In this document: piece by piece, positions 46,626 through 55,768 of the stretch
How positions within the stretch are numbered: the stretch's first letter is position 1
Layout: each line of letters opens with the position of its first letter
Assembly: GCA_016182915.1 (NCBI GenBank)
Contig: JACPFP010000003.1
Location: 315,685 to 379,684 of the forward strand
Length of the DNA: 64,000 nucleotides
From: Candidatus Dojkabacteria bacterium
Lineage (GTDB): Bacteria; Patescibacteriota; Dojkabacteria; SC72
Direction of reading: 5' to 3'
Notes under the pieces: model-generated
The model's database searches: none
What the model saw: the letters and a program-made list of their open reading frames with translations, nothing else
What the model was told of the DNA's origin: nothing
Position numbers and translations under genes: made by a program

Positions 46626-47516
46626 TCATTCAAAGTCTGGAAGTATATCCAGAGTCTTCTCCCGTTCTTTAAGCCATCTTTTAAACCTCTTATTCCACAG
46701 AACTGTGTTACCAAAGGTTGATTCTGTTTTAGATGCTCTCCTTAGAATCTCTGATAGATCCTTTCCCTGGACAGTTAACATTTGCATAAGGTAATTGAAT
46801 ATGTCTGTAAGTTCAAATGTATAATCAATCCTCTTTCTTAACCTATTTTCTTCACTACTTTTAAGAAGCTCCTCTGAAGCCAGATATAACTCCTCAATCT
46901 CATCCGTTAGAAGAGTGTATAGGTTTCCACGAGTGAAACGGATTGGGTTTCCAAGGCTCTCTAGCCACTCAGCTGATAGACTTTGATACTCCCTAATACT
47001 ACCAAGATTTACTTTAGAACCATTTCCCTGTCTGTAGTATGTTCTTAAACTTTCCATAATAGGATCTTTCTGAAGAGATTCAATTGCACGTTTAGATACT
47101 CTCATGTTTGCCAACCAGTCCTCGTAATCTGAGAAACCCGAACCTGTTTGAGAGATTGTATGCCTCATTAATGAGTATCTCGCCTCATTACTAAAATATT
47201 TGCTCCATAGGGCAGTCTCTAAATCTAAAGCACCATCCGAACTATATATCTCCCTTATAACATGTAGGCAACACCTACCCAATTCTATACAGAAGTCATC
47301 TGATGAGAGAACCTCCATATACTCAGGCAATATTGTTAATTCCGAAATTAGCAGTTGAACTCTATGAAACATTGGGTCCTCGGGAACCGCACAGCCATTC
47401 CGAATATCGGGAGGAGCCGAGCCTTTCATTGCTAAATACACAACCTCCCCCATACTTAGAGGTCTCCCTTGAGGCTCAAATTCATATCGGATTGGAAGGT
47501 CAATACCCTCTACCAT
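46626..47516 (-). CDS. Hypothetical protein with C-terminal MazG-like (all-alpha NTP pyrophosphohydrolase) E-x-x-E...E-x-x-D motif
   Basis: EIEELYLASEEL ... ELTDIFNYL pattern; N-terminal 200 aa unassigned. Confidence 0.35.
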   Translation of the reverse strand: MVEGIDLPIRYEFEPQGRPLSMGEVVYLAMKGSAPPDIRNGCAVPEDPMFHRVQLLISELTILPEYMEVLSSDDFCIELGRCCLHVIREIYSSDGALDLETALWSKYFSNEARYSLMRHTISQTGSGFSDYEDWLANMRVSKRAIESLQKDPIMESLRTYYRQGNGSKVNLGSIREYQSLSAEWLESLGNPIRFTRGNLYTLLTDEIEELYLASEELLKSSEENRLRKRIDYTFELTDIFNYLMQMLTVQGKDLSEILRRASKTESTFGNTVLWNKRFKRWLKEREKTLDILPDFE

Positions 47517-47595
47517 TAATATTTCGTATTAAAATATATGGCAGTAGTTCTATATAAGTAATATATACTAAAATTGACTTTAGTACACCTCAATT

Positions 47596-47615
47596 TAGTA
47601 TAGTGGACTATACTA
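47596..47615. promoter_or_regulatory. Perfect 8-bp inverted repeat TAGTATAG-tgga-CTATACTA in divergent intergenic region (candidate operator)
   Basis: Seen directly; lies between divergently transcribed 46626-47516 (-) and 47685-48404 (+). Confidence 0.3.
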
Positions 47616-47684
47616 GAAACAATAATTTTAAAGCCATATAATCTCTTTTGTTAATACTGCCCATGTTTAGTTATATATACAAAC

Positions 47685-48404
47685 ATGGAAAATAGATGGG
47701 AGAGGATTGCTAAAAAATATTTTAAAAGTGTAAAACAGGACGATCACTCAGATTATGCGTATGAGAAGTATATTAACACCCCCTCTCTTCTAAGCCTCTG
47801 TAACATAGAGGGAGATTCGGTGCTGGACCTTGGCTGTGGGGATGGGAGATTTACCAAAAAGTTAGAAGATGAGTTTAGCGATGTGTACGCAGTTGACTAT
47901 TCTAACCAGATGTTAATTGAAGCGAAAAAGCTTTGCAAAAGGACTGTCTTCACGAAATCAGACCTTGAAAATAAATTTCCATACAAAGATAATTCCTTCA
48001 ATCTAGTAACCGGCAAACTTCTGTTGATGTATATAGAAGATTTAGACAATATATCTAAGGAATCTTTCAGAGTTTTAAAAAGTGGAGGGGCTTTAGTTGT
48101 GTCAGTAACTCATCCGCTAAAATGGATTTCAGAACAGATAAATGGGAATGTTGCCGAGAGGCTCTACAAAGGGTATCTAAGTGAAGCGAAAATAAGCGGT
48201 AACATAGCCAAAGATAAAGATTTACCTGTTGAGTTTATTAACCGTACAGTGCAGACATATATTAATACCTTTACAAAACAAGGCTTCGTTCTGGAAATAC
48301 TTGTAGAAACCGGTGTTTCAGACGCTTTTGTGATAAAATACCCACAGTATTTAGACTTTCAGCATAAGCCTTTTAGATTAAATATGAAATTTATAAAAAG
48401 ATGA
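47685..48404 (+). CDS. Class I SAM-dependent methyltransferase
   Basis: Motif I VLDLGCGDGRFT, motif II DVYAVDYS. Confidence 0.7.
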   Translation: MENRWERIAKKYFKSVKQDDHSDYAYEKYINTPSLLSLCNIEGDSVLDLGCGDGRFTKKLEDEFSDVYAVDYSNQMLIEAKKLCKRTVFTKSDLENKFPYKDNSFNLVTGKLLLMYIEDLDNISKESFRVLKSGGALVVSVTHPLKWISEQINGNVAERLYKGYLSEAKISGNIAKDKDLPVEFINRTVQTYINTFTKQGFVLEILVETGVSDAFVIKYPQYLDFQHKPFRLNMKFIKR

Positions 48405-49090
48405 AAGAATTCCATCCAGAACAATTACTAATTCTACAAAAGCTCCTATATTCAAAAGGTCTTCGATATTCACATATAAAGCCTTTGAACATGGAAGGAA
48501 GCCAGTTTACATTCCATTTAGACCAGCTTCTTAAGAAGAAATACATAGAAAAAAGCGATAGCAAGTACTTGCTGACAGATACAGGAAAAGAGCTCGCAAA
48601 TAGGATGGATTTAGGGGATGAGAAACTTGATGTGCAGGCAAAAGTATCAGTGATAATGGTATGCAAGAAAGATACCTTAGAGGAGATAGAATATCTTCTA
48701 TACACCAGACTCAAATCCCCGTTCTATGGATACCAAGGATTCCCAACGGGGAAAGTTAAAAAGGGTGAGAATATTCTAGATGCCGCAAAAAGAGAGTTAA
48801 AAGAAGAAACTGGTTTAACAGGTACACCACAGCTATTCAGCGTAAGGCATTATAAGATATACAACGAGAAGAAAGAACTCTTGGAGGACAAAATCTTCTT
48901 TGCATGCATGTTTACAAACCCAATTGGAAAACTCATTAACAATCCAGAGGGGAGATATAAGTGGGTAAAGAAGGATGAAGTTTGGGACTACCTCAAGAAA
49001 CCAGTACCTGAAATAAAGGAGCTCTTTGATGTAATGGAAAACCCTGATATTACTTTCTCAGAAGAGGAATACTCCACTGACGGTTTCTAA
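48401..49090 (+). CDS. NUDIX hydrolase with N-terminal winged-helix-like domain
   Basis: NUDIX box GFPTGKVKKGENILDAAKRELKEETGL; start overlaps upstream stop (ATGA). Confidence 0.7.
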   Translation: MKEFHPEQLLILQKLLYSKGLRYSHIKPLNMEGSQFTFHLDQLLKKKYIEKSDSKYLLTDTGKELANRMDLGDEKLDVQAKVSVIMVCKKDTLEEIEYLLYTRLKSPFYGYQGFPTGKVKKGENILDAAKRELKEETGLTGTPQLFSVRHYKIYNEKKELLEDKIFFACMFTNPIGKLINNPEGRYKWVKKDEVWDYLKKPVPEIKELFDVMENPDITFSEEEYSTDGF

Positions 49091-49133
49091 CATACAATCT
49101 TCCCATACCTGAACCCACCCATGTAGTATAATA

Positions 49134-50060
49134 ATGATAATGAGTATTAAAACCCTCTTCATTGGTTCCAACTGGGAATCCTTAGAAGTTTTAAAAACAA
49201 TCTATGAAGATAGCAGGTTTGAAGTAGTTGGTATTATAACCCAACCGGATAAACCCGTAGGTAGAAAGCAAATCTTAACACCAACAGAGATAAAAACATT
49301 TGGTTTGGAAAACGATATCCCTGTTTTCATACCTGAGAAGAATGAAGAGAAATATAAAGAGGCATTAGAGCTATTTAAACCAGACCTTGTTGTCTGTATT
49401 GCCTTTGGAGAGATAATCCCAGATTCTTTCCTCCTAGCTCCAAAGTATGGATCTATAAACATACATTTCTCACTTCTCCCAAAGTATAGAGGTGCAATTC
49501 CAATACAGTCTGCAATTATAAATGGGGAGAAGGAAACTGGAATTACCATCATGAAGATGGGGAAAGGTATGGATAAAGGGCCAATTCTCTCAGTATTTAA
49601 AGAGCAGATAAAGCCTGATGATACAAACCAAAGCCTTAGAGAAAGGCTAGTGAAGATAAGCGCAGAGGTTCTTCCTGAAATCCTGGATAGATGGGTAAAT
49701 GGAGAGATACATGCAATGGAACAGGACGATTCAAAGGCGACATACTGCTACAAAGCAGAGCTCGAAAAGGAGAAAATGGAAATAAAGTTTGATGAGATGA
49801 CAGCAGAAAACATTGATAGAATTGTAAGGGGCTGTATCCCATGGCCAGTCGCATGGACAATATTAAACGACAGTAGGATTAAAATATATAAAGTACGTGT
49901 TTTAGAGGCATTTGGAGAGCTTAAACCGGGTGAAATTCTCAAAGATAGGGGAAGACTTGTAATCGGAACACAAGATAAACAGATAGAGATACTAGAACTA
50001 CAACCAGAGGGAAAGAATATTATGAATGCAATGAACTATTTAACAGGGAGAAAAATCTGA
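49134..50060 (+). CDS. fmt: Methionyl-tRNA formyltransferase
   Basis: Formyltransferase N-domain, SINIHFSLLPKYRGAIPIQSAIINGEKETGITIM, C-terminal Fmt domain. Confidence 0.85.
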   Translation: MIMSIKTLFIGSNWESLEVLKTIYEDSRFEVVGIITQPDKPVGRKQILTPTEIKTFGLENDIPVFIPEKNEEKYKEALELFKPDLVVCIAFGEIIPDSFLLAPKYGSINIHFSLLPKYRGAIPIQSAIINGEKETGITIMKMGKGMDKGPILSVFKEQIKPDDTNQSLRERLVKISAEVLPEILDRWVNGEIHAMEQDDSKATYCYKAELEKEKMEIKFDEMTAENIDRIVRGCIPWPVAWTILNDSRIKIYKVRVLEAFGELKPGEILKDRGRLVIGTQDKQIEILELQPEGKNIMNAMNYLTGRKI

Positions 50061-50153
50061 ACTATTCTAGTTTAATATCTGAAAGTGTTGCATAGACTTA
50101 CCGAAGAGAAATGGAGTAGATATGTTAACATACCTACCCCATATTCGTTTCTC

Positions 50154-50954
50154 CTACTTACTATACTCAACAAGCACATTTTCTCCTCTTAACACTCTTT
50201 TATCTTTCCTTGATGCAGTCTCCCATGCTTGATTGAATAGGTTTCTCATACATGATGCAACCTTAGAATCCTGTACAACCAATGCATACGATCCACCCTT
50301 TTCAAAGGATACAAATATCACTTTATCCTCAAAAACCATAAAGTCTGTACTTGTTTCTCCTTCAACAGGTACTCTTAACTGCAGGTTCTTTCCTGACCCA
50401 TACTTCTTTATATACTCATCATCCTCATAATCTCCTAAAATCTCTTTTGATTTAACGTTCGATTTTAAAAAGAATCTATCGAAGTAGTCATGGAAGAAAT
50501 CTTCAGAAACATCTCCATAATCATCTGTTAAACATTGTACGAGAACTTCATCTGTATGAAGGGTCATTTCGTATGCCTGCTTAACTCCCTCAGTACCCTC
50601 TAAAAGGTATATCTTGGGCTTATTCTTCTTAGTATTCTGTATTGCTTTTAATTCTTTCATTTTAATATTTGCTACTGAAATTAAATTAGAAATTTCAGAG
50701 CTTTTCTTCTCAAGAAGATCTACTAATACTTCAGGATCAGCTGGTGAGTACAGCTTATTCTCATTCTTAATAGTGACTTTAATTAACCCTATGTTAATTA
50801 GATCGTCTATTAGTTCATATACGGAAGTTCTAGGGACTTTCGATTTATATGAAAGGTTTGAGATGGTTGTTTCTCCCCATTCAAGGCTTGCCTGATATAT
50901 TTTTAAATGATCTTCTTTCAATTCGAGCTCCTTAAAGACACTTAAGATGTCCAT
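50154..50954 (-). CDS. TrmB-like wHTH transcriptional regulator (N-terminal HTH + C-terminal domain)
   Basis: Start set at ATG 50954 (MDILSVFKELELKEDHLKIYQASLEWGETTISNLSYKSKVPRTSVYELIDDLINIGLIKV). Confidence 0.5.
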   Translation of the reverse strand: MDILSVFKELELKEDHLKIYQASLEWGETTISNLSYKSKVPRTSVYELIDDLINIGLIKVTIKNENKLYSPADPEVLVDLLEKKSSEISNLISVANIKMKELKAIQNTKKNKPKIYLLEGTEGVKQAYEMTLHTDEVLVQCLTDDYGDVSEDFFHDYFDRFFLKSNVKSKEILGDYEDDEYIKKYGSGKNLQLRVPVEGETSTDFMVFEDKVIFVSFEKGGSYALVVQDSKVASCMRNLFNQAWETASRKDKRVLRGENVLVEYSK

Positions 50955-51125
50955 ATTTAAATAACAGTTAATATTAACAATCACATTATATACGACAGGA
51001 CAGAGAGAAAACAATGATACAGAAAGGAAAGATGACGACGGAGTAGTCGTCTAAATAGGGGATATTCAAACCCTGGAAAGCCCGTAGTATAATACCCATT
51101 GATATAATCTTATACAACTAACTAG

Positions 51126-51518
51126 ATGATTTATCTACAAATACAAGGCTCCCACACGCAAAATGACGAATATCATGCATTACTTATTACACAAATTCCT
51201 GATATGAAAACATTTGATGCCAGCCAGGCACTTTGCGAAAAAGATCTCCTACTTGTACTTGCTCTAAACAGAGATGATGAGTGCCTACCTTTTCCAGAAT
51301 CAAGAATCTATCAAACAGCAGTTATATGTTCTGCAGCATCAGGAAAAAGAGATTTCGTAGATGAAGGATCCATGGTTCACTATTTTGTTGGACATGATCA
51401 AGCCCCTCACTATGTAGTTTACGACTTGATGAATAGATTAAGTGGAAGAAATGAGGAAATTAACACTATACTTGGAGGAGATGGTGAGATGGTTGCTCCA
51501 TCTGAGTTCTGGTTCTAG
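51126..51518 (+). CDS. Hypothetical protein
   Basis: 130 aa ORF with -10-like TAGTATAAT upstream; 3' end overlaps rnpB 3' end on opposite strand. Confidence 0.35.
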   Translation: MIYLQIQGSHTQNDEYHALLITQIPDMKTFDASQALCEKDLLLVLALNRDDECLPFPESRIYQTAVICSAASGKRDFVDEGSMVHYFVGHDQAPHYVVYDLMNRLSGRNEEINTILGGDGEMVAPSEFWF

Positions 51519-51835
51519 CGCACAAGTACCCCATAAGCCGAATTCTGTTTTCTGCAACTATCTATCTATGCGGTGTTAAATATCACCTTGCTTCAGACGG
51601 GGGTTACAAAGCATAGAGATATTACTATCCCTACCGGTAGTCTCTTACACTACCTTTTCACCCTTACCCTTACGGGCGGTATACTTTCTGTTGCCCTTTT
51701 ATCCAAGAGATTACTCCCTTCCGACTCACATCGGCATCTATCACGAAGTATTGTTCGTGACCCACATGAAGTCCGGACTTTCCTCTATAGCGACATATTA
51801 TCGCTACAGCAATTGCATAGGATACTTGTGCTGTA
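51508..51835 (-). ncRNA. rnpB: RNase P RNA (bacterial type A), rnpB
   Basis: Minus-strand GAGGAAAGUCCGGAC (P4 5' strand; + strand 51769-51785), ACAGAAAGUAUACCGCCCGUAAGGGUAAGGGUGAAAAGGUAGUGUAAGAGACUACC (P9-P12 consensus block), and ACAGAAUUCGGCUUAUGG (P4 3' strand; + strand 51533-51549) at correct spacing; P2 pairing GUAUCC/GGGUAC; TGgTATAAT promoter-like element just upstream. Confidence 0.8.
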
Positions 51836-51846
51836 TATTATACCAT

Positions 51847-52764
51847 TTATTTCAATACAACCCTCTTAGTGATGTACTTAGCTACAAGGTATATAACGAA
51901 CACAACTGGGGAGAATACTACAGCCCATATTGCTAGAGATCCCAAATCTTTAAAAAGTTCAACAAGGGATGTGAGGGCTTCCTTAAAGATTCCAACTGGT
52001 TGCCACTTCTCACCCGTTACCTCAAGTGATTCGGAGCTAAGACTCATTGATATAGTTACGGAAGACATCTCTATCTGGGAGTCATAGTATTTAATTTGGG
52101 ACTCTAATACCTCAATATTTTGACGTGTCTGTGATAGTTGGTTCTGAACCTCTAATATGTCTGTTACCTTTGTTGCAAGATCAAGAATCTCAACTAACTT
52201 AGTTTCTAATGCTTTCTCATTCTTCAATCTAGCTTTCAAATCTTGGTACTGTAGTGTGATGTCGGAAGAACTTTCTGTGAATGAATTTACGACTGAAGCA
52301 TAGCCTTTAACTCTTTCCGTAAGAGAATCGAATGCAGTTGCAGGAACCTTTATGGTCATTACCAAAGTTCTATCTACCCCAACTCCTTGATCATTAGATG
52401 ATACAACAAAACCACCCAGTTCCTTAGCATATTTTCTTATCTTCCCTGAAACATCGTCAAAATCATCAACAGTTATATCAAAGGACCCTGTTTTAACAAC
52501 CTTCTGCTCACTCTCATTCTTAGCCCCGGAATCTCCCCTATCTATAGGTGGGGAAGGGAGAAGATCGTCACCATCAGAAGCTTTTCCTTCTTCAACAATG
52601 CCAGTTCCGCCATCACCACCGTTTACACTACCCATATCAACACTCTTATTGTCTAGGACAAAGGAGTTATATAGGAATATGAGAATTGAGATTAAGACAA
52701 GGCCTAAAACAGTGACTGTGATTACAAAGCTGAAATTCTTTGGAACAAGGGTCTCTTTCGTCAT
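51847..52764 (-). CDS. Membrane-anchored protein with N- and C-terminal TM helices and coiled-coil ectodomain (DUF4349-like architecture)
   Basis: TM at aa 12-32 and at C-terminus; central coiled-coil (QYQDLKARLKNEKALETKL...). Confidence 0.4.
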   Translation of the reverse strand: MTKETLVPKNFSFVITVTVLGLVLISILIFLYNSFVLDNKSVDMGSVNGGDGGTGIVEEGKASDGDDLLPSPPIDRGDSGAKNESEQKVVKTGSFDITVDDFDDVSGKIRKYAKELGGFVVSSNDQGVGVDRTLVMTIKVPATAFDSLTERVKGYASVVNSFTESSSDITLQYQDLKARLKNEKALETKLVEILDLATKVTDILEVQNQLSQTRQNIEVLESQIKYYDSQIEMSSVTISMSLSSESLEVTGEKWQPVGIFKEALTSLVELFKDLGSLAIWAVVFSPVVFVIYLVAKYITKRVVLK

Positions 52765-52829
52765 AGATATGGCAGTTTAATTTACTACTCCATTATGTAG
52801 CTAATTTCAAAAAACTGCAACAAGATTAT

Positions 52830-53318
52830 TTAGGTGCGCAACAGATCTTTTAATTCTCTATCTATTTCCTCGATTACCATTCCATTCTCAATATTCTTTG
52901 GGATATGTATAAACGAAAATTTAGATGTAATCTCCCCTTTTGAAATCATATCCATTATTTTGAAGCTAACCATGTTACACATATAGGACCCTATTGTGTT
53001 AGATTGCTTCAAAAGTTTGTCTCCCTTTAGAAAAGAATCTATTTTATAAACAACCTCTTTGTTATACATAAACAATCTATGTTGAAATACGTTGTGGCAT
53101 TCAGTCTCAAGATGAAGATTATCAGATTTTCTTGAATATATACCAAGACCTAAGATATATTCAGGGTTTTCATTTCTGAGTATCTCAAGATATCTATTAA
53201 TATTATTACGAAATATGAGGTATCTATGATCAATATTGTCTAACTTATACAAAGTTCTTGTTGATATATTGTGCAATGAGAAAGCGAAGCCGTAGATTTG
53301 CATAGGCGATTTTAGCAT
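52830..53318 (-). CDS. Minimal pyroglutamyl-peptidase I (peptidase C15)-like protein
   Basis: Blocks PEYILGLG...ETECHN (Glu), GSYMCNMVSF (Cys in CN motif), FSFIHIP (His) align to the Pcp catalytic-triad regions. Confidence 0.5.
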   Translation of the reverse strand: MLKSPMQIYGFAFSLHNISTRTLYKLDNIDHRYLIFRNNINRYLEILRNENPEYILGLGIYSRKSDNLHLETECHNVFQHRLFMYNKEVVYKIDSFLKGDKLLKQSNTIGSYMCNMVSFKIMDMISKGEITSKFSFIHIPKNIENGMVIEEIDRELKDLLRT

Positions 53319-53382
53319 TTAATTACAACAAAAGTAATGCATTATGAATGCACTAATTTATTGGATATAGGGATATCTAAAA

Positions 53383-53778
53383 CTATCTCTTTGAGAACTG
53401 TGGTTTCTTTCTTGCTTTAACCTGGTTATATTTCTTTCTCTCAACCATTCTGGAATCTCTAGTTACATAACCAGCTTTTCGAAGAGCAGGCTTGAACTCT
53501 GGATCCATCACATAGAGGGCTCTACCTAATCCTAGTTGAATTGCTCCAATCTGACCGCTAAGTCCACCACCAGCTACTTTTGCTGTGTAATATACTTTTC
53601 CGTCTAATCCGACTGCACTTATTGGCTTAAGAGTTTCGTTTGCATCTTCACCAACTTTGAGATACTCATTAAATGGAACACCGTTAATTGTAGATACCGC
53701 TTTTCCAGAGACTACTCTTACACGTGCCATTGATGTTTTTCTTCTTCCAACTCCTTCGAAGTATTGATTCTTAGCCAC
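53383..53778 (-). CDS. rpsI: 30S ribosomal protein S9
   Basis: C-terminal ...RDSRMVERKKYNQVKARKKPQFSKR. Confidence 0.9.
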   Translation of the reverse strand: MAKNQYFEGVGRRKTSMARVRVVSGKAVSTINGVPFNEYLKVGEDANETLKPISAVGLDGKVYYTAKVAGGGLSGQIGAIQLGLGRALYVMDPEFKPALRKAGYVTRDSRMVERKKYNQVKARKKPQFSKR

Positions 53779-53789
53779 TGTTTACTTGA

Positions 53790-54221
53790 TTATAAATTAA
53801 TAGGTTTAGGACCCTGTGCTTCATGCTTATGATTTGCATCAGGATATACATACAATCTCTTCTCCATTAAAGCTCTAAGCTTGTTCTTTGGTAGCATCTT
53901 TTCTACTGCCATTCTTACTGGTGCAGTTGGATCTTTTTCAAGAAGTTTATCAAATCTAAGCTCTTTGAAACCTCCTGGAAAACCTGTATGACTATAGTAC
54001 ATTTTCTTTACTTCCTTATTTCTTGTTAATTTGATATCTGCGCTGTTTATAACAACAACATAGTCTCCACAATCAATGTTTGGGACCTGATTTACCTTTC
54101 CTTTTCCAATTAAAAGGGATGCAACTTTTGTAGCAACTTTTCCAAGGATCTGATCCTTAGCATCTACAAGGTGCCACACCCTTACTATTTCATCCTTTTT
54201 TGTCCACTTTGTCTTCTGCAC
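53790..54221 (-). CDS. rplM: 50S ribosomal protein L13
   Basis: WHLVDAKDQILGK..., conserved L13 core. Confidence 0.9.
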   Translation of the reverse strand: MQKTKWTKKDEIVRVWHLVDAKDQILGKVATKVASLLIGKGKVNQVPNIDCGDYVVVINSADIKLTRNKEVKKMYYSHTGFPGGFKELRFDKLLEKDPTAPVRMAVEKMLPKNKLRALMEKRLYVYPDANHKHEAQGPKPINL

Positions 54222-54239
54222 TTCAGTATATTTTAATAA

Positions 54240-54776
54240 TTAAAGTCCTGATCTTGTTCTAGCTCTCTCTTTCTTAACACTCACATTCTTGTTTACTCCC
54301 TTTGTACTTGTAAGGATTCCTCTAAGTCCTTTCTTCGCAACTGGTTTTACTTCCTTAGTTTCAACATCTTTTACCTCAGTTTTCTTCTCTTTCTTAGAGA
54401 CCTTCTTAACAACTTCTTTCTTTGTTACTTTGAATCCCACTAGTTCAACCTTACTTACCTGAGCATTGTCTCCAGCTCTATATCCAACCTTTGTAATCTT
54501 TACTAACCCTTTATTGCTTCCCACATAGTTAACAGCTTCCTCAACAATAGTTCTAGTTCCTAATGTATTCTCAAGTCTCCTCTCAAGATTTAACCCTTTT
54601 TCAGCTTTAACAATGCTGCTTATGAAACTCTCAACTTCTGCCTTAAGCATCTTTGCTTTAGGGGTAGTTGTTGTTACATATCCACTCTGGAAGATAGATC
54701 TTAAAAGATTCTTCTTCATAGACTTTCTATGTGTAGCTGTCTTTCCAAGTTTTTTAAAGCTTTGTCTTTTAAACAT
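54240..54776 (-). CDS. rplQ: 50S ribosomal protein L17 with K/V/E-rich C-terminal extension
   Basis: N-terminal HRKSMKKNLLRSIFQSGYVTTT L17 signature; about 60 aa lysine-rich tail. Confidence 0.85.
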   Translation of the reverse strand: MFKRQSFKKLGKTATHRKSMKKNLLRSIFQSGYVTTTTPKAKMLKAEVESFISSIVKAEKGLNLERRLENTLGTRTIVEEAVNYVGSNKGLVKITKVGYRAGDNAQVSKVELVGFKVTKKEVVKKVSKKEKKTEVKDVETKEVKPVAKKGLRGILTSTKGVNKNVSVKKERARTRSGL

Positions 54777-54781
54777 ATGAT

Positions 54782-55747
54782 TTACTCACTCTTAATTTCA
54801 ATTCCGTACTGTTTCATTAGTTCTACTACCTCATTTAGTGATTTATTACCAAATCCTGGGAGTTCTAGAAGGTCAGATACCTTTGCATTTGCAAAGTCTC
54901 CTACTGTCTGGAATCCTCCAGCTAATAGTCCTGACTTAGATCTCTTTGAAATTGGTAGGTCTTCAACTTTCCAGCTACTTACTTCATCTTCTACAGATGC
55001 AACACTCTCTACAACCTCAGGGATTGCGCTTGTCTCCTCTGCTCTCTGCTCTACTTCTTTCTTTGATACTCCTAATGCAACCATTACCTTTCCTGCAAAG
55101 TCTTGTAGTCTCTTTGCGCTGTCCAGTAGAGCCTGTTTAGGTTCAATGCTTCCGTCTGTTTCAATTGTAATTTTTACAGAATCAAGGTTAGTAATCTGAC
55201 CCTTTCTTGCATCTGATACTTCGAAGTTTACATTAACAATTGGAGAGAAATCTGCATCTACAGGAATTCTACCAACTTCTGATCTAACTTCATCATCTGC
55301 TTCTCTGTTGCCAATTCCCTTTTCAACAACCAACTCCATTAACAAGGAGGCCTTCTCATCTGTTAGAGTTGCAATCTCTACATCTGGGTTAGATAGCTCA
55401 ACTCCTGCTGGGAGTTTGATATCTTTTCCTGTTATTGCACCCTTTCCTTTAACTTCTAATTTACAAATCTGTGGATCATCTGATGTAACTTTGAACTTTA
55501 ACTGCTTAAGGTTCAAAATTACCTCTACAACATCCTCTTTCATCCCCTCTAGAGCTGAATACTCATGCTCAACACCCTTGATTCTTACGCTAGTAATGGC
55601 ACTACCAGAAAGACTGGAAAGAAGAATTCTTCTTAGTGAATTTACTAATGTATGACCGTATCCTTTTGGTAAAGGTGTAATTTCGTATGATCCAGTGTTA
55701 CCTTCTTCTGTAACAACTTTTACTGCAATATCTTCAAAGCTAAGCAT
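54782..55747 (-). CDS. rpoA: DNA-directed RNA polymerase alpha subunit
   Basis: N-terminal dimerisation domain and C-terminal alpha-CTD (LELPGFGNKSLNEVVELM). Confidence 0.9.
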   Translation of the reverse strand: MLSFEDIAVKVVTEEGNTGSYEITPLPKGYGHTLVNSLRRILLSSLSGSAITSVRIKGVEHEYSALEGMKEDVVEVILNLKQLKFKVTSDDPQICKLEVKGKGAITGKDIKLPAGVELSNPDVEIATLTDEKASLLMELVVEKGIGNREADDEVRSEVGRIPVDADFSPIVNVNFEVSDARKGQITNLDSVKITIETDGSIEPKQALLDSAKRLQDFAGKVMVALGVSKKEVEQRAEETSAIPEVVESVASVEDEVSSWKVEDLPISKRSKSGLLAGGFQTVGDFANAKVSDLLELPGFGNKSLNEVVELMKQYGIEIKSE

Positions 55748-55768
55748 TTCAGTATATATTTATATAAT

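Noticed and set aside
51015-51125. Possible small SRP RNA (partial resemblance CAGAAAGGAAAGAUGACGACGG to the GGAAGGAAGCAGC helix-8 motif; GACGACGGAGTAGTCGTC hairpin)
   Set aside because: The match to the SRP domain IV consensus is too weak, with no AGCAGC or GGUCC elements. The region is more simply a promoter (TAGTATAAT) for the 51126 ORF.
51573-51936. Two + strand ORFs (51573-51869, 51691-51936) in the gap after the 51126-51518 ORF
   Set aside because: They lie entirely over the minus-strand RNase P RNA, whose P4 and P10-P12 consensus sequences are unmistakable; they have no start context or homology, so they were treated as artefacts.
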